This document shows, one piece after another, positions 49,102 through 58,522 of a stretch of 64,000 bases of DNA (its first letter is position 1; each line of letters starts with the position of its first letter). The DNA lies in NCBI GenBank assembly GCA_045575975.1, contig JAZNFO010000014.1, forward strand, positions 1,611 to 65,610, read 5' to 3'. Source of the stretch: Clostridia bacterium. GTDB taxonomy: Bacteria > Bacillota > Clostridia > Monoglobales > Monoglobaceae. The notes below the pieces were generated by a model. That model had not been told where the DNA came from. It worked only from the letters and a program-made list of their open reading frames with translations, and did not search any database. Made by a program: the position numbers and the translations under genes.

Positions 49102-49908
49102 TTAATATGATTTAGGTTGTATTTCTTTTTTCTTTTTGAATTTAGGAACAAGATTTAAAACTAAAAGTGTTGTTATTATAACAAGTATAACTATTGATGA
49201 AAGAGCGTTGATAGTAGGATTTGTTCGTTTTGTCATATTGTAAACAATAATTGATATATTCATAACACCGTTTCCGCTGACAAAATAAGATATAACAAAA
49301 TCGTCAAAGCTCATAGTGAAGGCAAGAAGAATTCCAGCATAAATTCCCGGTTTTAAAAGGGGAAGAATAACCTTTGTAAGAGCATTATAAGGAGTTGCTC
49401 CAAGGTCCATTGCAGCATTTGCAAGATTCGGGTCAAGCTCACGGATTTTAGGATAAACACTTGTTATAACATAAGGTGTGGAAAAGGATATGTGTGCGAT
49501 AAGCATAGTCAGGTATCCTTTTTCTATTTTCAGGGCTGAGAAAAAAATCATAAGCCCTATTGCTGTTACTATATCAGGATTCATAACGGGAATGTCGTTT
49601 ATGCTTAATATTAGATCCCTGATGACTTTTCTGTTTTTTGAAAGACCGATAGCGGTTATTGTTCCAAGCACAGTTGAAATTAAAGTAGATAAAATAGCGA
49701 TTGTAACACTAACGCTCATTGCCGACATTATATTTGAATCATTTAAAAGCTCTTTATACCATTTAAGAGAAAAACCTGTAAAATGAGTAAGCGACTTTGA
49801 CTCATTAAAAGAAAAAAATACAGTAACAAGTATTGGCAGATAAAAGAATGCAAAGCATAAAAATATGTAAATTGCCGATGGCAGATTATTTAATTTTTTA
49901 AGTCTCAA
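49102..49908 (-). CDS. potC: Spermidine/putrescine ABC transporter permease
   Basis: Six-TM MetI-type permease with an EAA loop (NAAMDLGATP). Confidence 0.88.
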   Translation of the reverse strand: MRLKKLNNLPSAIYIFLCFAFFYLPILVTVFFSFNESKSLTHFTGFSLKWYKELLNDSNIMSAMSVSVTIAILSTLISTVLGTITAIGLSKNRKVIRDLILSINDIPVMNPDIVTAIGLMIFFSALKIEKGYLTMLIAHISFSTPYVITSVYPKIRELDPNLANAAMDLGATPYNALTKVILPLLKPGIYAGILLAFTMSFDDFVISYFVSGNGVMNISIIVYNMTKRTNPTINALSSIVILVIITTLLVLNLVPKFKKKKEIQPKSY

Positions 49909-49925
49909 TCATCTCACTCCTTTCT

Positions 49926-50741
49926 TTATTTTTCCTGTTCAATTTTTTTTGTCATTTTAATAGTGAGCAGAATAACAACTGCTAGCACCATAGAAATTGA
50001 ACTTCCAAAGTTCCAGTCCCCAACGGAAATGAACTGACTTTCAATAAGGTTTCCAAGAAGCACATATTGTCCTCCGCCTAAAAGCTTTGGAATAAGGAAG
50101 CTTGATATTGAAAGAAGAAAAACCATAATTATTCCGTTAACAACCCCCGGAAGAGAAAGCTTGAATGTTACCTTCCAGAACGACTGAATACGATTTGCTC
50201 CAAGGTCAAACGCAGCCTCTTTATAGGATTTATCCATTTTGCTGAGTGCGGTATGTATTGGAATAATCATAAACGGAAGGAAATTACATATCATACCGAT
50301 TATAACTGAAAAGTCCGTGTACATAAGGCTGAGTGTTGGAAGCCCAAGCTTTTCAAGAAGCATATTTAAAAGTCCGTTATCTGCAAGGATGCTTATCCAG
50401 GCATAGGTTCTGAGAAGCATATTAATCCACATAGGTATTGTAACGAATAAAATGAGTATGCTTTGAACCTTTTCTGAATATTTGGATATAAAGTAAGCAA
50501 GAGTATATCCAAATATAAGACAGAAAAAAACGGTTATAAGTCCAATCTTAAATGATTTTAAAAACACATCAAGATAGACAGGCTCAAAAAGTCTTGTAAA
50601 GTTTTTGGTTGTGAACTGAACTGTTATTATAGAGTTCCCGCTTTCTGTAAATGCATAAATGAATATCATAAGAAGGGGAACAAGTATAATAATGGCAGAC
50701 CAGATTATATAAGGCGTAACAAAATTTTTAAAGTATTTCAT
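49926..50741 (-). CDS. potB: Spermidine/putrescine ABC transporter permease
   Basis: MetI-type permease with an EAA loop (EAAFDLGAN). Confidence 0.88.
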   Translation of the reverse strand: MKYFKNFVTPYIIWSAIIILVPLLMIFIYAFTESGNSIITVQFTTKNFTRLFEPVYLDVFLKSFKIGLITVFFCLIFGYTLAYFISKYSEKVQSILILFVTIPMWINMLLRTYAWISILADNGLLNMLLEKLGLPTLSLMYTDFSVIIGMICNFLPFMIIPIHTALSKMDKSYKEAAFDLGANRIQSFWKVTFKLSLPGVVNGIIMVFLLSISSFLIPKLLGGGQYVLLGNLIESQFISVGDWNFGSSISMVLAVVILLTIKMTKKIEQEK

Positions 50742-50757
50742 TTTTTAAACACCCCGC

Positions 50758-51792
50758 CTACATAATCCACATAACATGAATATCATCAGGACCGAAGCTG
50801 AGACCAACATTAAGGCCAACTTCGTGATAATGAGTAGTATGTATCATATAATCACGATATTTGGTTTCAACCATTATTTCATAGTGAACGCCTTTAAATA
50901 TAATTGATTTAACAACACCCCTAAGCTCTGATGCATCCGGGGACACAATGTCAATATCTTCAGGTCTTATAACAATTTCACATGGCTCATTCTCTTTAAA
51001 GCCTTTGTCCACGCATTCAAATTCAATGTCATCAAACTTAACAAGACAGTCTCTTATCATATTACCCTCAATAATGTTAGATTCACCGATGAAGCGGGCA
51101 ACAAATCTGTTTTCTGGTTCGTTGTATATATCGGTTGGTGCACCAATCTGCTGAATTTCGCCATCATTCATAACAACAACAGTATCAGACATAGAAAGAG
51201 CTTCTTCCTGGTCATGGGTAACATAAATAAATGTTATGCCAACCTCTTTCTGGATTTTTTTAAGCTCTATCTGCATTTCTTTTCTGAGCTTGGCATCAAG
51301 TGCACCAAGAGGCTCATCAAGCAGGAGAACCTTTGGCTCATTAATAAGAGCCCTTGCAATTGCAACTCTTTGCTGCTGACCGCCTGAGAGGGAGGTAACA
51401 TCTCTGTTTTCAAAGCCAGAAAGTCCCACAAGCTTAAGCATCTTTTCCACCTTTTGTTTAACAACTGACTTTTCAGTTTTCTTTATGGTAAGTCCAAAAG
51501 CGATATTGTCAAAAACATTAAGGTGAGGGAAAAGGGCATATTTTTGAAAAACAGTATTAATTTCTCTTTTATATGGTGGAAGCTTTGAAATCTCAATTCC
51601 GTCAAACAAAAGCTCTCCGTTGTCTGCATCTTCAAAACCGCCAATAATACGAAGAGTTGTGGTCTTTCCACAACCAGACGGACCAAGAAGAGTCAGAAAT
51701 TCATTTTCATATATCTTAAGGTCTATTCCTTTTAAGACCTGCTGGTCATCAAAGTTTTTTGTTATGTTGCGTAATTCAACCAAAGTGTTCAA
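50758..51792 (-). CDS. potA: Spermidine/putrescine ABC transporter ATPase
   Basis: [17 protein letters not shown] and LLLDEP motifs. Start moved to TTG 51792 (GGAGTGG 8 nt upstream), because the ORF-track 5' extension overlaps the promoter at 51841-51869. Confidence 0.9.
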   Translation of the reverse strand: MNTLVELRNITKNFDDQQVLKGIDLKIYENEFLTLLGPSGCGKTTTLRIIGGFEDADNGELLFDGIEISKLPPYKREINTVFQKYALFPHLNVFDNIAFGLTIKKTEKSVVKQKVEKMLKLVGLSGFENRDVTSLSGGQQQRVAIARALINEPKVLLLDEPLGALDAKLRKEMQIELKKIQKEVGITFIYVTHDQEEALSMSDTVVVMNDGEIQQIGAPTDIYNEPENRFVARFIGESNIIEGNMIRDCLVKFDDIEFECVDKGFKENEPCEIVIRPEDIDIVSPDASELRGVVKSIIFKGVHYEIMVETKYRDYMIHTTHYHEVGLNVGLSFGPDDIHVMWIM

Positions 51793-51840
51793 TTTATCAA
51801 CCACTCCAATCAAAAAATAATCAATCACAAAGATACCTTC

Positions 51841-51869
51841 ATTATATAGCATATTCATCAAATAATCAA
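51841..51869 (-). promoter_or_regulatory. Sigma-A promoter of potABCD
   Basis: Minus strand reads TTGATT (51869-51864), a 17-nt spacer, then TATAAT (51846-51841). Confidence 0.7.
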
Positions 51870-51889
51870 GTATTTTGACAAAAATAATT

Positions 51890-51933
51890 GCAAATAAGAA
51901 AAGCGGATTATGGAGATAAGCTCCATAATCCGC
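51890..51933 (-). terminator. Terminator closing the T-box-controlled aryl-acid operon
   Basis: 13-bp perfect stem GCGGATTATGGAG / CTCCATAATCCGC (51933-51921 / 51915-51903 on the minus strand), followed by TTTTCTTATTT. Confidence 0.9.
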
Positions 51934-51945
51934 AGGGGGATAAAC

Positions 51946-52377
51946 CTAAGCTTTATAGATATTATTCATATCAAGAACATTTATGCTGTGTTCTTCAAGC
52001 GTTTTTGCAGCATTTTCAGGGTCTGAACTTTTGATAACAACTATTGCATTGTCGGTGTTTTTTGCAACAAATGCATATAAATAGTCGATTTCAATGTCTT
52101 TTTCCTTAAGCGCCTTAAGTGGTTTTGAAAGTGCGCCCGGCTTATCTTCTATTGCAACAGCTAAAACATCAGTGAGTTTAACAATAAAGCCTTCTTCTTT
52201 CAAAATTTCACGGGCTTTGTCGGGAGAATCAACAATAAGTCTCAAAATTCCGTAATCCGTTGTATCTGCAACAGATAAAGCACTTATATCTATGTTACTT
52301 TTAGCAAGTATATCAAGAACTTCAGCCATTTTGCCGGCCTTATTTTCTATAAAAATTGAAACCTGTTTAATAAACAT
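51946..52377 (-). CDS. Tandem ACT-domain protein
   Basis: 143 aa, two ACT-like beta-alpha-beta-beta-alpha-beta halves. Follows paaK, a pairing I recognise from other anaerobes. Confidence 0.75.
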   Translation of the reverse strand: MFIKQVSIFIENKAGKMAEVLDILAKSNIDISALSVADTTDYGILRLIVDSPDKAREILKEEGFIVKLTDVLAVAIEDKPGALSKPLKALKEKDIEIDYLYAFVAKNTDNAIVVIKSSDPENAAKTLEEHSINVLDMNNIYKA

Positions 52378-52395
52378 AAAATCATTCCTTTCCCA

Positions 52396-53709
52396 TTAAA
52401 TAAGTTTTCGGTTATCAATAACTCTCTTTGCTTTACCTTCACTGCGGGTAATTGTTTTGGGACCAACAAGCTTAACATTTGCCGAAAGACCAAGAACACT
52501 TAAGAGTTTTGAGTGTATTGCCTTTTCAATGCCTGTGATTGTTTTAACATCATCTGCGAAAAGGTCATCGCTCATTTCAACCTGAACTTCAAGAGTATCT
52601 GTGTTGTTAACTCTGTCAACCACAATCAGATAGTTAGGAGTAATTCCCTGGCCGTAATTTAAAAGAACTTCTTCAATCTGAGAGGGGAATACATTAACAC
52701 CTCTTATAATTAACATATCATCGGTTCTGCCTGCGGGCTTCTTCATTCTCACATGTGTTCTTCCGCAGTTACATGGAGTGTAATCAAGTATACATAAATC
52801 ACGGGTACGGTATCTGATAAGAGGTTGACCTTCTTTTGTTATTGTGGTAAACACAAGCTCTCCGAATGAACCTTCCGGTAAAACCTCTCCGGTATCAGGG
52901 TCAATGATTTCAGGGATAAATAAGTCTTCACAAATATGCATACCGCTTTGCTCCGAACATTCATAAGCAACACCGGGGCCCATTATTTCAGTAAGGCCAT
53001 AGATGTCGTATGCTTTAAGTCCGAGGGCATCCTCTATTTGCTTTCTCATATCTTCTGTCCAGGGTTCTGCACCAAAGATACCTGCTTTCAGTTTAAGCTG
53101 GTCTTTAACCCCCATTTCTTTAACTGCTTCTCCAAGATACATAGCGTAGGAGGGGGTACAGCAAAGATGGGTTGTGCCAAGCTCGCACATAAAACGAATT
53201 TGTCTCTCAGTATTTCCTGATGATGTAGGAATAACAGTTGCACCAATTCTTTCAGCACCGCCGTGAGCTCCAAGACCTCCTGTAAACAGTCCATAACCAT
53301 AAGAAACCTGAATTATGGAGTTTTCATCAGCACCGGTTGCAGCAAACTGTCTCGCAACACCATCTGCCCATGTGTCAAGATCGTTTCTGGTATATCCGGC
53401 AACAATTTGTCGTCCTGTTGTTCCGGAAGATGCGTGAATTCTAACTATATCTTTCATTGGAGCTGCAAGCAGTCCAAAAGGATAATAATCTCTCAAATCC
53501 TGCTTGGTTGTAAATGGAAGCTTTGCAAGGTCGGAAAGTGTTTTTATATCTTCTGGTTTAACACCTTTTTCGTCCATTCTTTCTCTGAACATTTTAACAT
53601 TTTCATAAATTCTCTTAACCTGCCACTGAAGTCTTTCGAGTTGAAGCTTCCTGATTTCGCTTCTATCCATACATTCTATTTGTTCATTATAAATTCCCAT
53701 TTTTGACAT
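52396..53709 (-). CDS. paaK: Phenylacetate-CoA ligase family (arylacetate-CoA ligase, AMP-forming)
   Basis: 437 aa. HASSGTTGRQ AMP-binding motif and a compact PaaK-type architecture. Confidence 0.88.
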   Translation of the reverse strand: MSKMGIYNEQIECMDRSEIRKLQLERLQWQVKRIYENVKMFRERMDEKGVKPEDIKTLSDLAKLPFTTKQDLRDYYPFGLLAAPMKDIVRIHASSGTTGRQIVAGYTRNDLDTWADGVARQFAATGADENSIIQVSYGYGLFTGGLGAHGGAERIGATVIPTSSGNTERQIRFMCELGTTHLCCTPSYAMYLGEAVKEMGVKDQLKLKAGIFGAEPWTEDMRKQIEDALGLKAYDIYGLTEIMGPGVAYECSEQSGMHICEDLFIPEIIDPDTGEVLPEGSFGELVFTTITKEGQPLIRYRTRDLCILDYTPCNCGRTHVRMKKPAGRTDDMLIIRGVNVFPSQIEEVLLNYGQGITPNYLIVVDRVNNTDTLEVQVEMSDDLFADDVKTITGIEKAIHSKLLSVLGLSANVKLVGPKTITRSEGKAKRVIDNRKLI

Positions 53710-53728
53710 TCCTTTCTATTAAGAACGA

Positions 53729-54295
53729 TTAAAGATTATATCCAAGTTCAAAAGCTTTCAGGTTAGCTTCAAGAAATTTTTCAGGAACAGTATCTTTAAT
53801 AACCTCTGTCCAAACATCATATTTAATGTCTGTGTTCTTTGCCATAACGCCGATTAAGGCAACATTCACAGCTTTTATATTTCCTGCCTTTTCAGCAAGT
53901 GAAAGAGCATCAACTGTAGTAAGATCAAGCTTTTCGGAAAGTTTCTTTTCGATGTCTGCAGGATATTCTGCATTTCCGCATATAACAGGCATTGGGTCAA
54001 TCTGCTGATTATTTGCAATCATTTTTCCGCCTTTTTTAAGGAATGGTATGCTTCTGTATGCTTCAAGCATTTCAAAAGCAAGGATAATGTCTGCTTCACC
54101 CTTGTCAATTATAGGAGAATAAACTTTATCGCCAAATTTAACATATGTAACAACACTTCCGCCACGCTGACTCATACCGTGTACTTCGGAAATTTTAACA
54201 TCATATCCTTCGGAAATAACAGCCTTACCAATAATTCTGCTAGCAAGAAGAGTTCCTTGTCCGCCAACACCAACAATCATTATATTCTTTGTCAT
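53729..54295 (-). CDS. iorB: Indolepyruvate/arylpyruvate:ferredoxin oxidoreductase, beta subunit
   Basis: IMIVGVGGQGTLLAS N-terminus. Start moved to ATG 54295 behind GGAGG. Confidence 0.88.
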   Translation of the reverse strand: MTKNIMIVGVGGQGTLLASRIIGKAVISEGYDVKISEVHGMSQRGGSVVTYVKFGDKVYSPIIDKGEADIILAFEMLEAYRSIPFLKKGGKMIANNQQIDPMPVICGNAEYPADIEKKLSEKLDLTTVDALSLAEKAGNIKAVNVALIGVMAKNTDIKYDVWTEVIKDTVPEKFLEANLKAFELGYNL

Positions 54296-54300
54296 AACAA

Positions 54301-56034
54301 TTAATCCTCCTTTTCTATAGCACCGAAAGGACATACATTAACACATAGTCCGCAGCCGTTACACTGAGTTTTATCAATAACAATTTTATCGCCCTTCTGA
54401 GAAATTGCAGGGCATCCAAGCTTCATACAAAGCTTACATTTTTTACATTTGTCTGAAATTTTACATGTTCCGCTATATTTAACTGATTTTAAAAGCGCAC
54501 AAGGTCTCTGCGCAATAATAACTGACGGTTCATTTGCTTCTGTTTCTTCTTTAACAACCTTTTCAAAGTTTTTGATGTCAAATGGATCTGCAACAACAAC
54601 TCTGTCGATACCTACTGCCTTGCAGAGGGCTAAAAGGTCAACCTGCTTTGTAGGTTCTTTTCTGATTGTAAAGCCGGTTGTTGGGTTATCCTGATGACCT
54701 GTCATACCGGTAATAGAGTTGTCAAGGATAATAACTGTGTTATTTCCTTTATTATAAACAATATCAATAAGACCTGTAATACCTGAATGCATAAAGGTTG
54801 AGTCACCGATTACAGCAACTAATTTTTTGTTAAATTCTTCACCTCTTGCCTTTGCCATACCGTGAGCACCGCTGACACTGGCACCCATACAAACTGTTGT
54901 GTCAACGCTTGCAAGAGGAGGAACAGCACCCAGGGTGTAACAGCCAATATCACCTGAAACAACAAGTCTAAGCTTGTTTAAAACATAGAAAGTTCCTCTG
55001 TGAGGACATCCGGGACAAAGAACAGGAGGTCTTGCAGGGATGCTTTCTTCTATGTTTTCAAATTCATTTGCATCTTCACCGAAAACAACTTTTTTTATCA
55101 TTGAGGGAGTATATTCTCCAAGAAGAGTAAAGGCTTCTTTTCCTATAACCTCCACTCCAAGGGATTTTATGTATTCTTCAAAGAACGGGTCAAGCTCTTC
55201 AACAACATAAACCTTTTTGCACTTTGATGCAAAATCCTTAATAAGCTTTTCTGGAAGAGGATAAACCATGCCAAGTTTTAAGTAGTTAACTCTGTCTCCC
55301 AAAGCTTCTTTTGAATACATATATGAAATACCTGATGTGATAATGCCGATTTCTGAATTGTTGTATTCTGCATTGTTGAATTCACAGTCTTCAGCAAATG
55401 CTTCCAAAGCCTTAATTCTGTCTTCAACAACAACATGGCGTTTTATGGCATTGCCGGGCATCATAACATTTTTGCCGATATTTTTTTCATATGGCTTAAG
55501 CTCGTAATTTTCTCTCGGTAATTCTTCAACAAGTCCTTGAGAATGAGAAATTCTTGTGGAAAGACGAAGAATAACGGGAGTATCAAATTTTTCACTAAGC
55601 TCATATGCTTTTTTTGTAAAATCTTTGCATTCAGCACTGTCGGATGGCTCAAGCATCATAATTTTTGAAGCCTTTGCATAATGTCTTGAATCCTGCTCAT
55701 TCTGTGAAGAATGCATTCCGGGGTCATCTGCAACGCAGAAAACAAGACCGCCGTTTACACCTATGTAGCTTACAGTAAACATAGGGTCAGCCATAACGTT
55801 CATACCAACATGCTTCATACAAGCCATACTTCTTGCACCTGCAATTGATGCACCAATTGCAACCTCTGCAGCAACCTTTTCATTTGGTGACCATTCTGCG
55901 TATATTTCTTCAAATTTAACAATATTTTCAGTTATTTCTGTGCTTGGAGTTCCGGGATAGGATGCAACAACACTGACTCCCGCCTCGTAGGCACCTCTGG
56001 CAACTGCTTCGTTACCAATCATAAGTCTTTTCAT
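54301..56034 (-). CDS. iorA: Indolepyruvate/arylpyruvate:ferredoxin oxidoreductase, alpha subunit
   Basis: 577 aa. TPP motif GDSTFMHSG and C-terminal 2x[4Fe-4S] (CKKCKLCMKLGCPA; CNGCGLCVNVCP). Confidence 0.9.
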   Translation of the reverse strand: MKRLMIGNEAVARGAYEAGVSVVASYPGTPSTEITENIVKFEEIYAEWSPNEKVAAEVAIGASIAGARSMACMKHVGMNVMADPMFTVSYIGVNGGLVFCVADDPGMHSSQNEQDSRHYAKASKIMMLEPSDSAECKDFTKKAYELSEKFDTPVILRLSTRISHSQGLVEELPRENYELKPYEKNIGKNVMMPGNAIKRHVVVEDRIKALEAFAEDCEFNNAEYNNSEIGIITSGISYMYSKEALGDRVNYLKLGMVYPLPEKLIKDFASKCKKVYVVEELDPFFEEYIKSLGVEVIGKEAFTLLGEYTPSMIKKVVFGEDANEFENIEESIPARPPVLCPGCPHRGTFYVLNKLRLVVSGDIGCYTLGAVPPLASVDTTVCMGASVSGAHGMAKARGEEFNKKLVAVIGDSTFMHSGITGLIDIVYNKGNNTVIILDNSITGMTGHQDNPTTGFTIRKEPTKQVDLLALCKAVGIDRVVVADPFDIKNFEKVVKEETEANEPSVIIAQRPCALLKSVKYSGTCKISDKCKKCKLCMKLGCPAISQKGDKIVIDKTQCNGCGLCVNVCPFGAIEKED

Positions 56035-56069
56035 AAAAACTCCTCCTGTTATTCTATTTAATAAATCAG

Positions 56070-57701
56070 CTATTTTATCTGCGCCGACACAAGGCTTTCC
56101 CCACAGTAGATTTTTCTAAGCTTTGGTTTCTCAATTTTTCCGGTAGGATTTCTTGGAACCTCTGTAAATATGATTTTTCTTGGTCTCTTATATTTTGGAA
56201 GTGCCTTGCAGAATGCATTCATTTCTTCTTCGCTGCACTGGGCATCCTCTTTAAGTTCTATGATGGCAGCTGCAATTTCACCAAGTCTCTGGTCAGGAAG
56301 TCCGATAACTGCAACATCTTTAACCTTGGTATTTGTTCTTATAAAGTCTTCAATCTGAACAGGGTAAAGGTTTTCACCGCCTGAAATAATAACATCTTTC
56401 TTTCTGTCAACAAGATATATAAAGCCATCTTCATCCATTTCAGCCATATCACCGGTGAAAAGCCATCCGTCGGCTAAAACTTCATTTGTTGATTTTTCGT
56501 CGTTGTAATAGCAGGTCATAACACCGGGTCCTTTAACAGCAAGTTCTCCAACCTCGCCCTTTTTTACTTCCTGTCTGTTTTCATCAACAATTTTAACTTC
56601 CCAGCCAAAGCCTGCTTTTCCGATAGCTCCAACCTTGTGTTCATTTTCTATTCCAAGGTGAACGCATCCAGGTCCAATAGATTCGCTGAGACCGTAGTTT
56701 GTATCATACTGATGATTTGGGAAGACTTTTTTCCATCGCTTAATCAAGCTTGGAGGAACAGGCTGTGCACCAATGTGCATAAGTCTCCATTTTGAAAGGT
56801 CATAATCCTTAAGGTCGATTTCTCCGCTTTCAATTGCATCTAAAATATCCTGTGCCCACGGAACCAAAAGCCACACAATACTGCAGCTTTCCTCGGAGGC
56901 GGCCTTAATAATCCATTCAGGCTTAATACCCTTTAGTAAAACAGCCTTTGAGCCTGAATAAAGGCTTCCAAACCAATGCATTTTTGCCCCTGTATGATAG
57001 AGGGGAGGGATGCAAAGGAACACATCATCTCTTGTCTGTCCGTGGTGGTTTTGTTCTGTTTTTGCAGCGTGCAAAATACTTTCGTGATTATGAAGAATTG
57101 CTTTTGGAAATCCTGTTGTACCTGATGAAAAATAAATTGCTGCATTATCTTCTTCGGTCAGCTTAATATCAGGATTTTTACTTGAACAATATGTAACAAG
57201 CTTGTCATAGCTTTCAGCAAAAGTCGGACAATTCTTTCCAACATAGAACATTTGCTTGATTTTGGGAATTGAATCACAGATTTCTTCAACACGGCCTATA
57301 AACTCAGGACCAAAAATAAGTGCATCTGAATCCGAAAGGTCAAGACAATAGCGGATTTCATCGGATGTGTATCTGTAATTAAGAGGAACAGCAAGTGCTC
57401 CTGTTTTCAAAATACCAAAATAAATGGGAAGCCATTCAAGACAGTTCATAAGAAGAATTGAAACCTTATCTCCTTTTTTTATTCCTCTGGAAAGAAGAAG
57501 GTTTGCAAAACAGTTTGCTCTTTTGTTAAACTCTCCCCAGGTAATTTCCTGTCTTCCGCTTTCTTCGGGGTTTGGCTGAATAAGAGCATATTCCTTCCAT
57601 GTCATTCTGGTTGTGTCTATTAAGCTGGGAGCAATTTCAACAAGAGATGTTTCATCTTTAAAATCTCTTGCATTTCTCTCAAGTAAATCAGTTATAACCA
57701 T
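56070..57701 (-). CDS. Class I adenylate-forming acyl-CoA ligase (FadD-like; substrate unknown)
   Basis: 543 aa. YFSSGTTGFPKA, TGD and GKIEKPKLR motifs. Confidence 0.85.
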   Translation of the reverse strand: MVITDLLERNARDFKDETSLVEIAPSLIDTTRMTWKEYALIQPNPEESGRQEITWGEFNKRANCFANLLLSRGIKKGDKVSILLMNCLEWLPIYFGILKTGALAVPLNYRYTSDEIRYCLDLSDSDALIFGPEFIGRVEEICDSIPKIKQMFYVGKNCPTFAESYDKLVTYCSSKNPDIKLTEEDNAAIYFSSGTTGFPKAILHNHESILHAAKTEQNHHGQTRDDVFLCIPPLYHTGAKMHWFGSLYSGSKAVLLKGIKPEWIIKAASEESCSIVWLLVPWAQDILDAIESGEIDLKDYDLSKWRLMHIGAQPVPPSLIKRWKKVFPNHQYDTNYGLSESIGPGCVHLGIENEHKVGAIGKAGFGWEVKIVDENRQEVKKGEVGELAVKGPGVMTCYYNDEKSTNEVLADGWLFTGDMAEMDEDGFIYLVDRKKDVIISGGENLYPVQIEDFIRTNTKVKDVAVIGLPDQRLGEIAAAIIELKEDAQCSEEEMNAFCKALPKYKRPRKIIFTEVPRNPTGKIEKPKLRKIYCGESLVSAQIK

Positions 57702-57715
57702 AAGTTAAACTCCTT

Positions 57716-58504
57716 TTATATATTTAAAAGTTTCATTGCGTTTTTATAATAAATTTTATCTTTTTCATCATTTGATAATCCTAAGAAATCAATCAGCTTC
57801 ATTTCAAAGGACGGCTTGTGCCAGGGACAGTCAGAACCAAAAAGAATTTTATCAGTTCCATGCTTTTCTATAATTTTGACGGCTGATGGTTTTGGTATTG
57901 TTCCGTAACCAAAAGCTATGTCAAAATATACAGGAAGAGAGCAAAGCTCTTTTATAACCCCCTCGGAACAGCTTTGTCCGCCCCAGTGTGCTGCAACAAC
58001 AGGAGACGAAAACCATTTAAGGGCATTCTTTATATTCTCAGGCATTGCGTGATAGGGTGGTGGATAGCCACAGTCAAATCCTGCATGGAATATAGTTATA
58101 AGCCCTAATTCAGAAATTTTTTTGTATATGGGCTTCATCTTTTCGTCATCAACATAAAAGCCTTGATATTCGGGATGAAATTTAACACCTTTTAAGCCTG
58201 CATCTTTTATCCTCTCCAGTTCATAAAGGGCATCAGGTGCATCAGGATGAACAGAACCAAATGCGACAAATCTTTCGTCCTTGTTTTGTTCTATAAGGAA
58301 GTCATTAACATTTTTTTGCTGATTGATGTTTGTGGCAATTCCAAGAACAACAGAAATATCTACTCCCGATTCATCCATAGCCTGTTTGAGCCCGCGGACT
58401 GTTCCGTCTGTATAAGGCTCAAGAGCAGAGGTGTGGCTTAAAATATCCATAGCTCTTGATGCAATTTTATCAGGAAATGCATGTGTGTGAAAATCAATAA
58501 CCAT
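57716..58504 (-). CDS. Amidohydrolase_2-type metal-dependent hydrolase/decarboxylase-fold protein
   Basis: 262 aa. N-terminal IDFHTH metal ligands, and later HPEYQG, FHAG and FGSDCPW motifs typical of the TIM-barrel amidohydrolase_2 group. Confidence 0.7.
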   Translation of the reverse strand: MVIDFHTHAFPDKIASRAMDILSHTSALEPYTDGTVRGLKQAMDESGVDISVVLGIATNINQQKNVNDFLIEQNKDERFVAFGSVHPDAPDALYELERIKDAGLKGVKFHPEYQGFYVDDEKMKPIYKKISELGLITIFHAGFDCGYPPPYHAMPENIKNALKWFSSPVVAAHWGGQSCSEGVIKELCSLPVYFDIAFGYGTIPKPSAVKIIEKHGTDKILFGSDCPWHKPSFEMKLIDFLGLSNDEKDKIYYKNAMKLLNI

Positions 58505-58522
58505 AGAAAAGTCCTTTCAGTT